A DNA stretch of 64,000 nucleotides, taken from IMG/VR virus record IMGVR_UViG_3300046170_000301. One strand, 5' to 3'. Made by a program: the position numbers and the translations under genes. The stretch comes from a virus. The notes beneath the pieces were generated by a model that did no database searches, was not told where the DNA came from, and worked only from the letters and a program-made list of their open reading frames with translations. This document shows, one piece after another, positions 29,281 to 41,136 of the stretch. Numbering within the stretch: the stretch's first letter is position 1; every line of letters starts with the position of its first letter.

Positions 29281-29517
29281 TCAGTTAAGCGTTTTTCCCC
29301 GAATAATTGCGTTCTCAAAAGGCTGAAGGTCTTCTTCGTTCCAATAATCTTTTTCGACCATCAGCTCAAGGTGCCTGACATTGCGATCGACTGTTGCTAC
29401 TTGTTCCTCGTCTAGAGAATCAAGATCCATCAACTCGTTGATCAGATTTACGCTGTCCATGGTGGCAGAGTAGTGCTGCGCAATTTCTTCAGCAGTAGGG
29501 GTGTAAACAGTAGTCAT
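29281..29517 (-). CDS. Small protein downstream of tail fibre (possible fibre assembly accessory)
   Basis: GGAG RBS; shares the higher-GC composition of the fibre 3' end. Confidence 0.7.
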   Translation of the reverse strand: MTTVYTPTAEEIAQHYSATMDSVNLINELMDLDSLDEEQVATVDRNVRHLELMVEKDYWNEEDLQPFENAIIRGKTLN

Positions 29518-29546
29518 AGAAAAACTCCAAAGTAAGAGGTTGGTTT

Positions 29547-32354
29547 TTAAGCGCTATTAAGCGCTGCGATTTCAGCTTGCAGATCCTTGACCATAGTGGT
29601 CAATTCTTGTACGGCATTAACCAGTACAGGAACGAGGTGCTCGCCTTTGTACTTTAAGCGCTCGGGATCTTCAACGTCAATGATGACGGGATTGTCACCC
29701 TCAAGCGCAAGGATGTCCTGTGCTTTAAAGCCATAGCGCACATCACCGTTAGGCTTTTCGGTGTTGCGATCCACCTTGAATTGATAGGCGGTTGGCTGTA
29801 ATTGATTAACAAAGTCCAGACCATAAGGAACTGGAGCGAAGTTCATCTTGTCACGCTCGTCTGATACGACAGTCCAGGCAACCTGAACATATGCGTTGGT
29901 GATAGCAGTGTGACCCAGGACAAGACGGTTGTCTTCTGTTGTGGGGTCAAACACTGGCGCATATGTTCCAGCATTGTTCAGGAAGCCGATTCCGATATTT
30001 CCAGAGCCAGTGGTGTTGTTACGGAGAGCTTCGTATCCATTAGCTGTGTTATTAACGCCAGTGGTGTTGCTACGGAGAGCACCTCTTCCAGTAGCTGTGT
30101 TGTTATCGCCAGTGGTGTTGCTATAGAGAGCTTGGTATCCATTAGCTGTGTTATTAACGCCAGTGGTGCTGCTATAGAGAGCTTGGTATCCATTAGCTGT
30201 GTTATTAACGCCAGTGGTGTTGTTAAGGAGAGCTTGGTATCCAGTAGCTGTGTTGTTATCGCCAGTGGTGTTGCTAAAGAGAGCACTTAATCCATTAGCT
30301 GTGTTGAAATTGCCAGTAGTGTTGTTACGGAGAGCACTTAATCCAGTAGCTGTGTTGTTAGAACCAGTGGTGTTGCTACGGAGAGCTTCTCTTCCAGTAG
30401 CTGTGTTGCTATTGCCAGTGGTGTTGCTATAGAGAGCTTGGTATCCATTAGCTGTGTTATTAACGCCAGTGGTGCTGTTACGGAGAGCTTGGAATCCATT
30501 AGCTATGTTGTTATCGCCAGTGGTGTTGCTATAGAGAGCTTGGTATCCATTAGCTGTGTTGAAATCGCCAGTGGTGTTTTCACGGAGAGCTAGGTATCCA
30601 GTAGCTATGTTGCTATTGCCTTCGGTGTTGCTATAGAGAGCTAGGTATCCATTAGCTGTGTTGTTATTGCCAGTGGTGTTGCTATAGAGAGCACCTATTC
30701 CAGTAGCTGTGTTGTTATTGCCTTCGGTGTTGCTATAGAGAGCATCTTTTCCAGTAGCTGTGTTGTCATCACCAGTGGTGTTGCTATAGAGAGCATCTTG
30801 TCCAGTAGCTGTGTTGTCATCACCAGTGGTGTTGCTACGGAGAGCACCTTGTCCAGTAGCTGTGTTGTCATCACCAGTGGTGTTGTTACGGAGAGCTAGG
30901 TATCCATTAGCTGTGTTGTTAGTACCAGTGGTGTTGCTACGGAGAGCACTTAATCCATTAGCTGTGTTTAAATTGCCAGTGGTGTTGTCACGGAGAGCAT
31001 AAAATCCATTAGCTGTGTTGAAATAGCCAGTGGTGTTGCTATAGAGAGCATCTCTTCCAGTAGCTGTGTTGTAATAGCCAGTGGTGTTGCTATAGAGAGC
31101 TAGGTATCCATTAGCTGTGTTCTCACTGCCAGTGGTGTTGCTATAGAGAGCTTGGTATCCAGTAGCTATGTTGCTATTGCCAGTGGTGTTGCTAAAGAGA
31201 GCTTGGTATCCATTAGCTGTGTTATTAACGCCAGTGGTGTTGCTATAGAGAGCTTGGTATCCATTAGCTGTGTTATTAACGCCAGTGGTGTTGCTATAGA
31301 GAGCTTGGTATCCATTAGCTGTGTTGTAATCGCCAGTGGTGTTGTTACGGAGAGCACCTCTTCCAGTAGCTGTGTTGTTATCGCCAGTGGTGTTGCTAAA
31401 GAGAGCTTGGTGTCCATTAGCTGTGTTGTAATTGCCAGTGGTGTTGCTAAAGAGAGCTCTTGATCCATTAGCTGTGTTGCTATTGCCAGTGGTGTTGCTA
31501 TAGAGAGCATCTTGTCCAGTAGCTGTGTTTAAATTGCCAGTGGTGTTGTTACGGAGAGCACTTATTCCATTAGCTGTGTTGCTATTGCCAGTGGTGTTGC
31601 TATAGAGAGGACTTATTCCAGTAGCTGTGTTGTTATTGCCAGTGGTGTTGTTACGGAGAGCACTTATTCCATTAGCTGTGTTGTAATTGCCAGTGGTGTT
31701 GCTACGGAGAGCTTGGTATCCATTAGCTGTGTTGTAATCGCCAGTGGTGTTTTCACGGAGAGCTTGGTATCCAGTAGCTGTGTTTCTATTGCCTTCGGTG
31801 TTGCTATAGAGAGCTAGGTATCCATTAGCTGTGTTGCTATCGCCAGTGGTGTTGCTATAGAGAGCATCTCTTCCAGTAGCTGTGTTGTTATCGCCAGTGG
31901 TGTTAGCAGCTAAAGTGCCAGATCCTAAAGCCGTATTTGTAGAAACACCGCCCGAGCCCAGTCCAACAGTAACTGTATTAATCAATGCGTCGCCATTGAC
32001 ATCGAGCAAGGCTTGAGGATTACTCGTCCCGATTCCCACATCGCCACTGAACGTTCCGTTGAAAGCACCAATATCACTTACATTAATATTACCTGATCCA
32101 TCACGAAGAACCAGTTTGTTTGCAGTAGCAGAAGTATCAGCATCGTTAGTAACATAGATGCTGTAATAGTTACTTCCATCATTAGTTAGTTGCCAACGAG
32201 GAGTTCCAAAGAATGCATCATTGGACTCCCTCCATTTGAGGGCAACATCAGTGCCGCTTGTTCCTCTTGCAACTGTGATAAATGCGCCCGTTGCTACACC
32301 TGTCTCGTTTAGACTTAAACCATATTGAATGTCTAATGGTTTTTTAATTGCCAT
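29547..32354 (-). CDS. Tail fibre/adhesin with 17-aa beta-solenoid repeats and C-terminal intramolecular chaperone (peptidase S74-like)
   Basis: VGIGTSNP motif; repeats; SDERDK...GLDFVNQLQP...YGFKAQD...LVNAVQEL chaperone signature. Confidence 0.88.
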   Translation of the reverse strand: MAIKKPLDIQYGLSLNETGVATGAFITVARGTSGTDVALKWRESNDAFFGTPRWQLTNDGSNYYSIYVTNDADTSATANKLVLRDGSGNINVSDIGAFNGTFSGDVGIGTSNPQALLDVNGDALINTVTVGLGSGGVSTNTALGSGTLAANTTGDNNTATGRDALYSNTTGDSNTANGYLALYSNTEGNRNTATGYQALRENTTGDYNTANGYQALRSNTTGNYNTANGISALRNNTTGNNNTATGISPLYSNTTGNSNTANGISALRNNTTGNLNTATGQDALYSNTTGNSNTANGSRALFSNTTGNYNTANGHQALFSNTTGDNNTATGRGALRNNTTGDYNTANGYQALYSNTTGVNNTANGYQALYSNTTGVNNTANGYQALFSNTTGNSNIATGYQALYSNTTGSENTANGYLALYSNTTGYYNTATGRDALYSNTTGYFNTANGFYALRDNTTGNLNTANGLSALRSNTTGTNNTANGYLALRNNTTGDDNTATGQGALRSNTTGDDNTATGQDALYSNTTGDDNTATGKDALYSNTEGNNNTATGIGALYSNTTGNNNTANGYLALYSNTEGNSNIATGYLALRENTTGDFNTANGYQALYSNTTGDNNIANGFQALRNSTTGVNNTANGYQALYSNTTGNSNTATGREALRSNTTGSNNTATGLSALRNNTTGNFNTANGLSALFSNTTGDNNTATGYQALLNNTTGVNNTANGYQALYSSTTGVNNTANGYQALYSNTTGDNNTATGRGALRSNTTGVNNTANGYEALRNNTTGSGNIGIGFLNNAGTYAPVFDPTTEDNRLVLGHTAITNAYVQVAWTVVSDERDKMNFAPVPYGLDFVNQLQPTAYQFKVDRNTEKPNGDVRYGFKAQDILALEGDNPVIIDVEDPERLKYKGEHLVPVLVNAVQELTTMVKDLQAEIAALNSA
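29990..31910 (-). repeat. 51-bp (17-aa) tandem coding repeat, 37 full units plus one partial
   Basis: Consensus xNTTGxxNTA(T/N)GxxAL(Y/R/F), counted by hand; boundaries approximate. Confidence 0.95.
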
Positions 32355-32366
32355 TTTTTATTGCTC

Positions 32367-32822
32367 TTATGCTGTTAATGAAATTCTAGAAATTTTGGTG
32401 GTAGTGTTTGAAACTGAAGGGGATATCAATAAACGAACATTTCCAGAATCAATATCAGCGTCAATGGAAGTTACTGGTGAACTATCCGTATTTAGCGTTC
32501 CGTATTGAGTTATGTAGACTTCAGAACCATCATGCATAATAAAAACTTCAGTACTATAGAAATTGGAAGATCCCGTTTCTTGTACTTGTACTAAGTATTT
32601 AGTCGTTCTAAAGTCCGAAGCAGCAAAAGAATCTGCGACAAATTGAGCACCTGAAGTATCTACAACAAGACTTGTATCAATAGTAGATACATCATCAATA
32701 TTGACACTCTCAAGAGCAGTTGCACCAGTTAGTACCTGATAAACATCCAGACCAATAGAATTGATCTTCTGCCTTTGAATTTCAAAGGTATCTGATTTAA
32801 GTACGATTATTTGAGTCGGCAT
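32367..32822 (-). CDS. Virion structural protein (DTFEIQRQKIN fibre-attachment-like N-terminus)
   Basis: DTFExQRxKIN motif; late module context. Confidence 0.75.
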   Translation of the reverse strand: MPTQIIVLKSDTFEIQRQKINSIGLDVYQVLTGATALESVNIDDVSTIDTSLVVDTSGAQFVADSFAASDFRTTKYLVQVQETGSSNFYSTEVFIMHDGSEVYITQYGTLNTDSSPVTSIDADIDSGNVRLLISPSVSNTTTKISRISLTA

Positions 32823-33012
32823 GTCTGATCAGTTCTTTCAAGAGGCTTTTTATTTCAAAGACTTCATCCTTCAAGTTATTTATGTCATCTACAGCAGCGT
32901 TAAATTTGTTGGTAAATGATTGTTTATTGGGAGTTTCTGTGTTGATAATAGCACCAGTGGAAGGGTCACGATACAATCTCTCATGACCTTTTACTTTCAA
33001 ATAATTATTCAT
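32797..33012 (-). CDS. Conserved hypothetical protein (KVKGHERLYRDPSTGAIIN + coiled coil)
   Basis: Typical gene downstream of the large virion protein. Confidence 0.75.
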   Translation of the reverse strand: MNNYLKVKGHERLYRDPSTGAIINTETPNKQSFTNKFNAAVDDINNLKDEVFEIKSLLKELIRHADSNNRT

Positions 33013-36000
33013 TAGTATGAAGCAACAGCACGAATATCTTGAATCTTAGAAGCATAAACTGGGTCATCTCCTTTCATAACAATTTTAATAGCAAAGGAAC
33101 TAAACTCCGCTAAGTTTGAATCGCTATAACGAAGTTCTTGATATGATTGTTGCTTTTCAAATTGTCCTGATATTGTATTTACCTGAGATGCAATAACATC
33201 ATTATCAGAAGAACCATCACCATTAAAAGCAATCCATTCAATATCATCAAAGTTAGACTGTGATGATAGTTGTTTGGTTCTGTAATATATCTTAATATCA
33301 TCAATACTCTTCAAATTAGCAGTAATTCTCACATCAATACCAGTGCCAGGAGAATCTATAGAAATCTCTTTTGTTGTATACTTAGCAACAGCAGAAGTAT
33401 TCTTAGAATTAGTTTCTTTTGAATACTCAACGCCAGTAGTGTAGGTTAAAGATGAAATTTCATAAAAACGCAAACTATCAGTTGGTAATCCAGTAAATGA
33501 AATCAAATCGCCAACTCTAAAGATATCATTAGATTGGTCTGCTACAGTTGTTGCTCTAGTGTAACCAGTTTCTTCTGTTGTAGCAGTGTAGTTATCATTG
33601 ATTGGATTTTTATCGTTTTCAATAAACAACTCTTTTGTCTTTGGATTCCAATTTTTAATAAGTCCAGTAATTTTATTTACATAAATGATACTTGGATTTT
33701 GAATATTAGAAGCAGTAATAATTTCATCAACATTGAACGAAATTGGTTCTTCTACAACAGCAATAGAAGCACTGATGTTTGCTGTGTCGCCATCAGATAA
33801 GGTGACTTCTTCTCCAGTTAAGAATGGATTAGAACTCTTTGTTTTGACAAAGATTTGATTAGCACTAATTTTAACGATAGTTCCAAATGCACCAGAATCA
33901 CTTCCAACAACATTAGTATTCAAATAATCAAATGTTAATGAAGTGTCAATAGTAAATTTATAAATTGGGAAAAACTTAAGAACTTGATATCTCTTACCAA
34001 ATCTATTTTCAAATCCAGTAGCATTTTCAATTTTGTTTGATGTAAGTTTTACGCTAGAACATCTTAAATCAATAACTGGAGATAGATATGAACGGTCTGA
34101 ACTTAGATTTAATTTGTAAGTCAGTGACCTATCAACATTATTAATAACTTCATTGATTCTAGAAGAAATTATTTTTTGATTGGTGAAATAATGAATCTGA
34201 TTAATAAAAGTTCTTTCATAATCTTCTTCTGAATAAGAAGTGTGGTTTAAAGTTTGGGAATCAACTGGAACAATATTGGTAGTCTTGACAAAACTATCAA
34301 TGCTAGTATTAGCAACTTGTAAATATCCTACTTGAGCATAAAGTTTTTCATATTTTCTATTATAAGAAGCAAGAATATTTCTTCCACCACCAATTTGAGT
34401 AGAACTTGCTCGTGAAGGAGCTTTGATAGTGTAGTAATCTAGACCACAATCAATAACTTCAAACAAAGTATTATTCATGGATATATTAGCCAATCCACCA
34501 ACATCTTCCATAGAATTAAAGAATGTGTAGGAAGCACCATCTTCAAATCCATTGTTTCTATGGTTTATTTTAACAATAAAATTATTATTTTTGAATAGGT
34601 TTGAAGATGCATTTGAATCAGCAAAAGAGTAAGTTTCAACTGGGTCTACTGATAATTTCTCTAAACCTAAGTTTTTGTTAGTAAGAAGAAGTTCTGCTAT
34701 TCTTGCATTATCAAACTCTGCTCTATAAAGACTAAACTTGATATCTTCAAATAAGTCTTCTGTCCATGCTCCAATATTTTGGTTCTTGTAGACAGAACCT
34801 AATAGTGGTTGAGTAGTTACATTTACACTGGTAGCAATTTCTACCTCTCCAAGTCTAGATGCCCACACTTCATAACCAATAGAATCTGTCTCAATAGTCA
34901 ATGAGTATTCAGAATCATTTTGAAGATATACTGGGTACTCAAAATTAAATCTTGTAGGCGTCGTAGAAGCGGTTGTAATGCCGTCATCAACGGCGACACC
35001 CATTCTGATAGCGGGAGTATCTATTTCGATTTCTGCCCTAATAGAAGCGCCGCTAGCGCCCGATCCGATGCCTCTAACAACTACAGATGGTGAGTCTGTA
35101 TATCCAGAACCAGAAAGCACTAAAGTTGTGTCGTAAATCCTACTATCAGAGACACTAACAACACCAGTTGCATTACTTCCTCCTGGAAGTTGTGGACTTT
35201 CAATCGTGATTGAAGCAGAGTCGTACTTCTCTCCAGCAGAATCTAAAATCAACGAAGTTACTTTACCAGCATCTTTAGCAATAGTTAAAGTAAGTCCAGT
35301 TGCATTTTTGTTATTGAATAGAGTCAACGATGGAATCTCTAGAATTTCATTCTGCAAGAATGAGATGCCATTGTTATTTGATAATGCAAGAGTATAAATC
35401 TGTTCATTATTGAGTAGATATTCTCCAGAACTTGATGGAGATAACTCATTGTTAAATGAATCATATACTTTTGCTAAAGGTCCAGAAGCATTTGATTTCG
35501 ACCCTTTGATTAGTTCATTTTGTGTAATTGACAGAGACCCACTAGCATATACTCTAAGATAAGTATATGGCATTACAACTGATTCTGTTCCTGGAACAAT
35601 ATACTTGCCTGGTTTACCGCTATCTGTATTAGAAATATAAACTCTAATTGGCGCTACGTCGCTCTTTTTACTGAAGAATAAATCAACTCCAGTAACAAAT
35701 ACACCACCATCAAAGTTTTCTACTTTAAATGTTTGCGCTAGAGGATTTGGTCTTGCTTTTACATCAGTATTACTATCAATTAATTGTAGACCTTTATTTG
35801 CTTTAAAGTATGCTGGATACGTAGAAACAATAGTAGAGGGATTTTCTGGTAGAATCCCAGCCGAATAGAACTTTCTTTCTGCATAAGTTTCTACTTCTTC
35901 TATAGAAATATTAGTAGAACTAGAAGTAAATCTTACTGTTTTGATGCCAGTAGTAAAGTTTACTTCTTCTCCAGAACTGTCATAAGAAACTGTATTAACA

Positions 36001-39000
36001 TCTCCAGTCCATCTTGTATTTTCTACTGGTGGCAATCCAGATGGCATCAAAATAATTCCACTAGCACTTCCAGTTTCATCCGTAATAATTGGCGAATTGA
36101 ATGCGGTTAAAGAATTGCCAGCAATACCAGTAAATCTAGAATCTGGATTTGTCCATCTACCAACATTTCTGCCATCAATAAAAGCATATACTTGAGTTAA
36201 GGGCTTTAATCTTGAGATGGTAAACTTAATTGGAATACTTCTGCTGAATAACTGAACAGAAGATATAACGGAAGTGTTATTTACATTCTTAGATTGTGCT
36301 CCTTTTGCCAACTCATTGTTTTGAGGACTGATGTTAGAAGAACTCGCAATAGACGCTTGTTCAACAGAAGACTCAATAAGTTCAGTGTTAATGTTTGCAA
36401 AAGAGTTAATATTGTAGAAAGCTTTGTTAACACCAACCCAGTTTACTACAAAGAAGTCAAACAAACTTGAATATCCATCTTCTGGATTTGGTTTTGATAA
36501 AAAGATGGAAAACAGATTTGTATTGTTATCAGTTACAAGTGGAGATGTTGAAGTATCAAACCATTGGTCTACAGTTGGAGATAGATGTAAATCACCAACA
36601 TATTGTAATACAACAAATGGATTTGGATTAATTGTCTTGGTTGCAAAAGAGTTTCCAAGAAGTTTAGTATTTCTATAAGGTAGAGTTACAACACCATTTG
36701 TATTTGTATAACCAGCAATTTCTCTTTCATCACTTCTTGTGTAAACCTCTCTTAAATTGAAGCAATCTTCACTAACTTGTGGTCTAAGTAACGATTGTTG
36801 AGTATCAATAGAACACTTGTAATCTGGTGATTTGGAGTTTCCAACTTTATGGGACTCAAAATTATCAACAATAAATCCACTCTTAAATCTATCTAAACCA
36901 ATATCATCCTTGATTTGCATGTTTAATGCTTGTTGTTCAAGGATACTGAGAGTTGTGTAATATTCAAGACGCTCAATACGCTTTTCAAGTTTACCAATAT
37001 CTCTCATTGTATATCTACGATTGTCAACAGGAACAATCCTTACATCCTTACTAGACTTAGTATAAGCAGGAATATGTAAGTAATATAGAGCAATCGCATC
37101 ATCTAGTGGAGCTGGTTTTGATGGGTTTAGAGATGGGTTACCTTCTTTAACAATAAACTTACCATCTTTATCTAAGAAAACCCCATCAATTCTATCAAGA
37201 TATCTCTCTTCGTTAAACTTAACTGTGTAATCAATTGTTGCATCATGTGCTGGTGTGCTAGATGAAACACCACCTTCTTGAGCAAATGATAAGAAGTTAG
37301 TAGAAGAAAGAATAGATTTGTTCTGGAATCCAGCAACGATATTTGTGTTATCTGCTTTTGGTCTAAAATCAAATACATCTTTCAGTGATACAAGACCATG
37401 AACATTTGAGTTGAAATATGGAATCTCATCTGCAAATACCCCAGATTCATGTAAGTAAGAATCAACTGTACAGAAGTCACCTTGAGAATGTTCAAAATAA
37501 TCGAAACCAATAATCAACTGACCAGTTGGTTGCTCAAATCCTGGTTTCAATACAATTCTTGATACATCATAGAATGTATCTCTTTGTCCATCATCAAATG
37601 TAAATCTATTTGTAACGTCAGTTCCAGTAATCAAGTTTCCAGCACTATCTACTGCTGGTGGAGTTGACACTGTTCCTTCATACACATAACGAAGTATGTA
37701 AGCATCAGAATAAGAACTTACCTTGATTTCTCCGCTATCATAATCCTGTCCTCTTAGAGGAATCACTTTATCATTGTTTGATACGACAACAATCTTTTTG
37801 TTCTCTACAGAAGTTTTTAGTTTTGGTTTTGCTTTAGAAACTTCTAGTGTCGCAGTTAGTTTAAGTTTTGGGAAGTTAGTTGTAATATTCCCAAAGAAAT
37901 TTTGTGGGAAATTTATTTCTACGCTACCAGCAGATAAATTGCTAGTAGAGTTAACAATATTGACGTACTCTTCTTTTAAGTAAATAACATCGCCATCTTC
38001 AAACTCTGTTGAAGAATTTTTTTCTAGAACAGTAACAATAAAATTAGATTGACCGAATGAAACAAATCTTTGAGTTCCAAATGGTAATTGTGCCGCAAAA
38101 GTTACATTACCACCACTACTAGCACCAGTGATTACAAAATCTCTTCTGATATGATAAGAGATTTTAGAATCAGTGATGTCTTTCATGATTGCAGCAACTT
38201 CTTTTCCTCCTGTTGGGTATACCAATGAAGAAGATGAAGAGTTTTCTACAATAGGACGTAATCTAATAACTGTAGCATTTACTACATTATTTTGAAGAAC
38301 ACTATCTAGATAGATTCTAGATTTTTTAGGTTCCACTTGGAGTTGTAGCGTATTGAACAATAACTCTAACAAGAGTTCCATCAGCATCAGAAAACTGAAT
38401 CAAATCACCTTGTACAAGTTGCTTCGATGCATCAGAATCAAATCCATTACATTCAATAAATTTATCACCTTTTGAACCAGAGAATGTAAAGTTAGTTACC
38501 TGAACAGATTCTGTATACTCTCCTTTGTTTAATTCAATATCTGATGTAAATCTATTAGAGTTACCAGAACCATAAACAGAAAATACTGACTTAGTGTTCT
38601 GTAGGTTATATGTTAATACAACATTTTTGAATAGAACTGCATCAACTACAATATCGCCACCAGTACCAGTTATTTCTACTAGCGGTGGTTGTGAATACTC
38701 TTGCTGTAATCCATCTCTATTAGAAATTTCAATTCTAGAAACTAATGAACCTTTAAGGATTGGCTTTACTACTGAAGTATCATAAGTGATACCATCAATT
38801 TTTACATTATCTGATGCTGAATATCCACTTGCTCTTTTAGTGACAACAAAATGAGAAATGGTATTTTCAGACGCAATTCTTAGTGAATTGCCTTCTTCAT
38901 CAAAAATAGTTTCTCCAGATTCAAACTCACCAGAAAGCGTCCTAATAAAAATAATATTTCCAGTGCTGTATTTCCCACCAGACTTCCCTTCAATGACTCC

Positions 39001-41088
39001 ATAAGCACCGCTTCTAGAACCAGTGATATATTGACCAGAATCAAATCCGTCAGTAATTAAAGAATCGACTAGTATTCTTGTAAAAAATACTGGGTTAAAA
39101 TAGTTTAAAGCAAAAGTAGAGTTGTATGAATCTCTTCCATCATTTAATTTACCTTTTGATAGAACTTTATCTTTGTCAGTATTAAATCCATCACCAAGAG
39201 AAACAAATCTGAAATTTTTTGGTTTACAAATACCAATAACGGGAGTAATAGTGTTGTTATAATCAACAATAGAACCAAATGAACCTGCTAGAGTATTGCT
39301 TTTTGCAACATTTTGAGTTTCAAATACTAATCTTTCTCCATTTGTATCATCATCATTATAATTTACAAAATACAATTCAAGAATATCTTTTCTTGCAAAC
39401 AAAGTAATTTCAAAGAAGTCTGCGTTTGTATCGTCAATATTTGGTAATTTTACACTAGAAAAAGAAACTACTGTAGCGTATGTTACTGCTGGTGTTGAAC
39501 TTCCAGCAAGAGTAACAACCCAAAGTTCTGATGGATAATCAGATTCTGTTAAAGTTTTATTTGGGTCTTGTTTCTTTACGTAGATAGTTTTAAAACCTAC
39601 ATCAGTTTGGTCTACTGTTCCAAGATTATCTGGGTCTGAATACTCTAGAGTTTCTCCTCTTCTATTAATAGTCTTTTTATAAAACTTTGTATTTGCGTCT
39701 GGGGTTGATTCTGTATTGTTTAGACCGATACTACCATCATTAAAAGTAGAATACAGGAATATAGTTGGGTAATCAGTTAAGTCAGAACCCTCAGCATTGA
39801 CAGGAACACTACCATAAGTATTACTTAACTTATATTCAGATAGTCCTTTTGTTTTAATTGTTACATTATTTTTTGTAATAGTGTCTCTTGCTTTATTAAC
39901 ATCTATATAAAAAGTTTCTTTGTTTACAATTTCAAAACCTTTTACATATGCTTTACCAGGACTAATAGAAGCAATCATTTTTGATGATGCTTCAAACTCG
40001 GTAATACCATTAACTAAACCAGAATCTGATAACTTATAAAAACCTAAGTTACCATCTTTTTGATAATATTCTCTTAAATCTAAATCAAAATCGTTTACAA
40101 CATAATCACCAGATTCATCATAAGTTCTTCTTGCTAATGTTGTTTCTAATACACTGTAATCTGTCTGAACTACTTTCTTTTGAACAGAACCAGATTTAAT
40201 AGAAATAAGTTCAATAAAATTTTTATCAGTTATTTGGTCATAATCGTAGCGGATTAAATCTAGACCAATTTTTAATCTGTGTGCTCCAGGAGAAGCAAAG
40301 TTTGAAGACCCCCTAGCAATATCATAAAGAGAGTTATCTTCTTTTTCTGTAATTAATTCTTCGTTAATTAAAAATCCTACTTTAGCAGATGGTTTATGGT
40401 AATACTTATCAATAACCAAAATCTGCTCATCATTTCTCACAAAATACCCATTCACAAAATAAACACCTTCCTGCACTTTTACAGCAGATGCTAGTCCCAT
40501 AGCAGGACTTGGTTGAGAATTCACTTCATTTGTGTCATAATTTTGAATGCTTATTGAAGTCGGAAGAGTTGCGCCATCAGTTCCAACAACCAGGATTGGA
40601 GTGTTAACTCCATCAATTACCTCTAGAGTTTCTCCTTGTCTAAAAGTAAATTCTTCTGCAGAATCTCCACTAGTTTCGTAATTTACAAATAAAGTATCGG
40701 CTTCAAATTCATTAGAATAAGAAGCCTCTACAACAGATGCCACAACTCCAGAAGTTGAACCTAAGATTTTTAATCCGATTAACCTTCTGATGTCATACTT
40801 TTGATATACAATTTCATCATCAATATTGACTGCTACTTCTGATACTGAAGATAATTTAACATAATTTAATCGATTGTTTAGACCAACCTCTCCAGGTATT
40901 ACAAGCTCACCTTGTTTAAAGTTGTACTTGCCATAATTTTCTAGTTGATTCTGCAGAATAGACTGGAGAGTAGTTAATTCTCTTGTCTGAACAGAATATC
41001 CTGGTCTAAAAAGAACTTTATAAAAGTTCTTATTTGGATCAAAATCGTCATAATATGGGGATACATTGAGGTTGGTCTGCTGTGGCAT
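33012..41088 (-). CDS. Large virion structural protein (VrlC/DUF4815-like, ~2690 aa) interrupted by a 1-nt frameshift near 38328
   Basis: 38326..41088 has the MPQQTNLNVSPYYDDF N-terminus; 33012..38387 has RRYTMRDIGKLEKRI...LEYYT and DIRAVASY; the frames join on removal of one base. Confidence 0.85.
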
Positions 41089-41136
41089 CTTGAATTACTA
41101 CAATTATATGTTATTATGTACTATTTAATATAGTAA

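Noticed and set aside
29910-31510. Repetitive alternative-frame ORFs within the fibre gene
   Set aside because: By-products of the 51-bp repeat
29547-32354. Diversity-generating retroelement target
   Set aside because: No reverse transcriptase or template repeat in the window; variation is not adenine-specific
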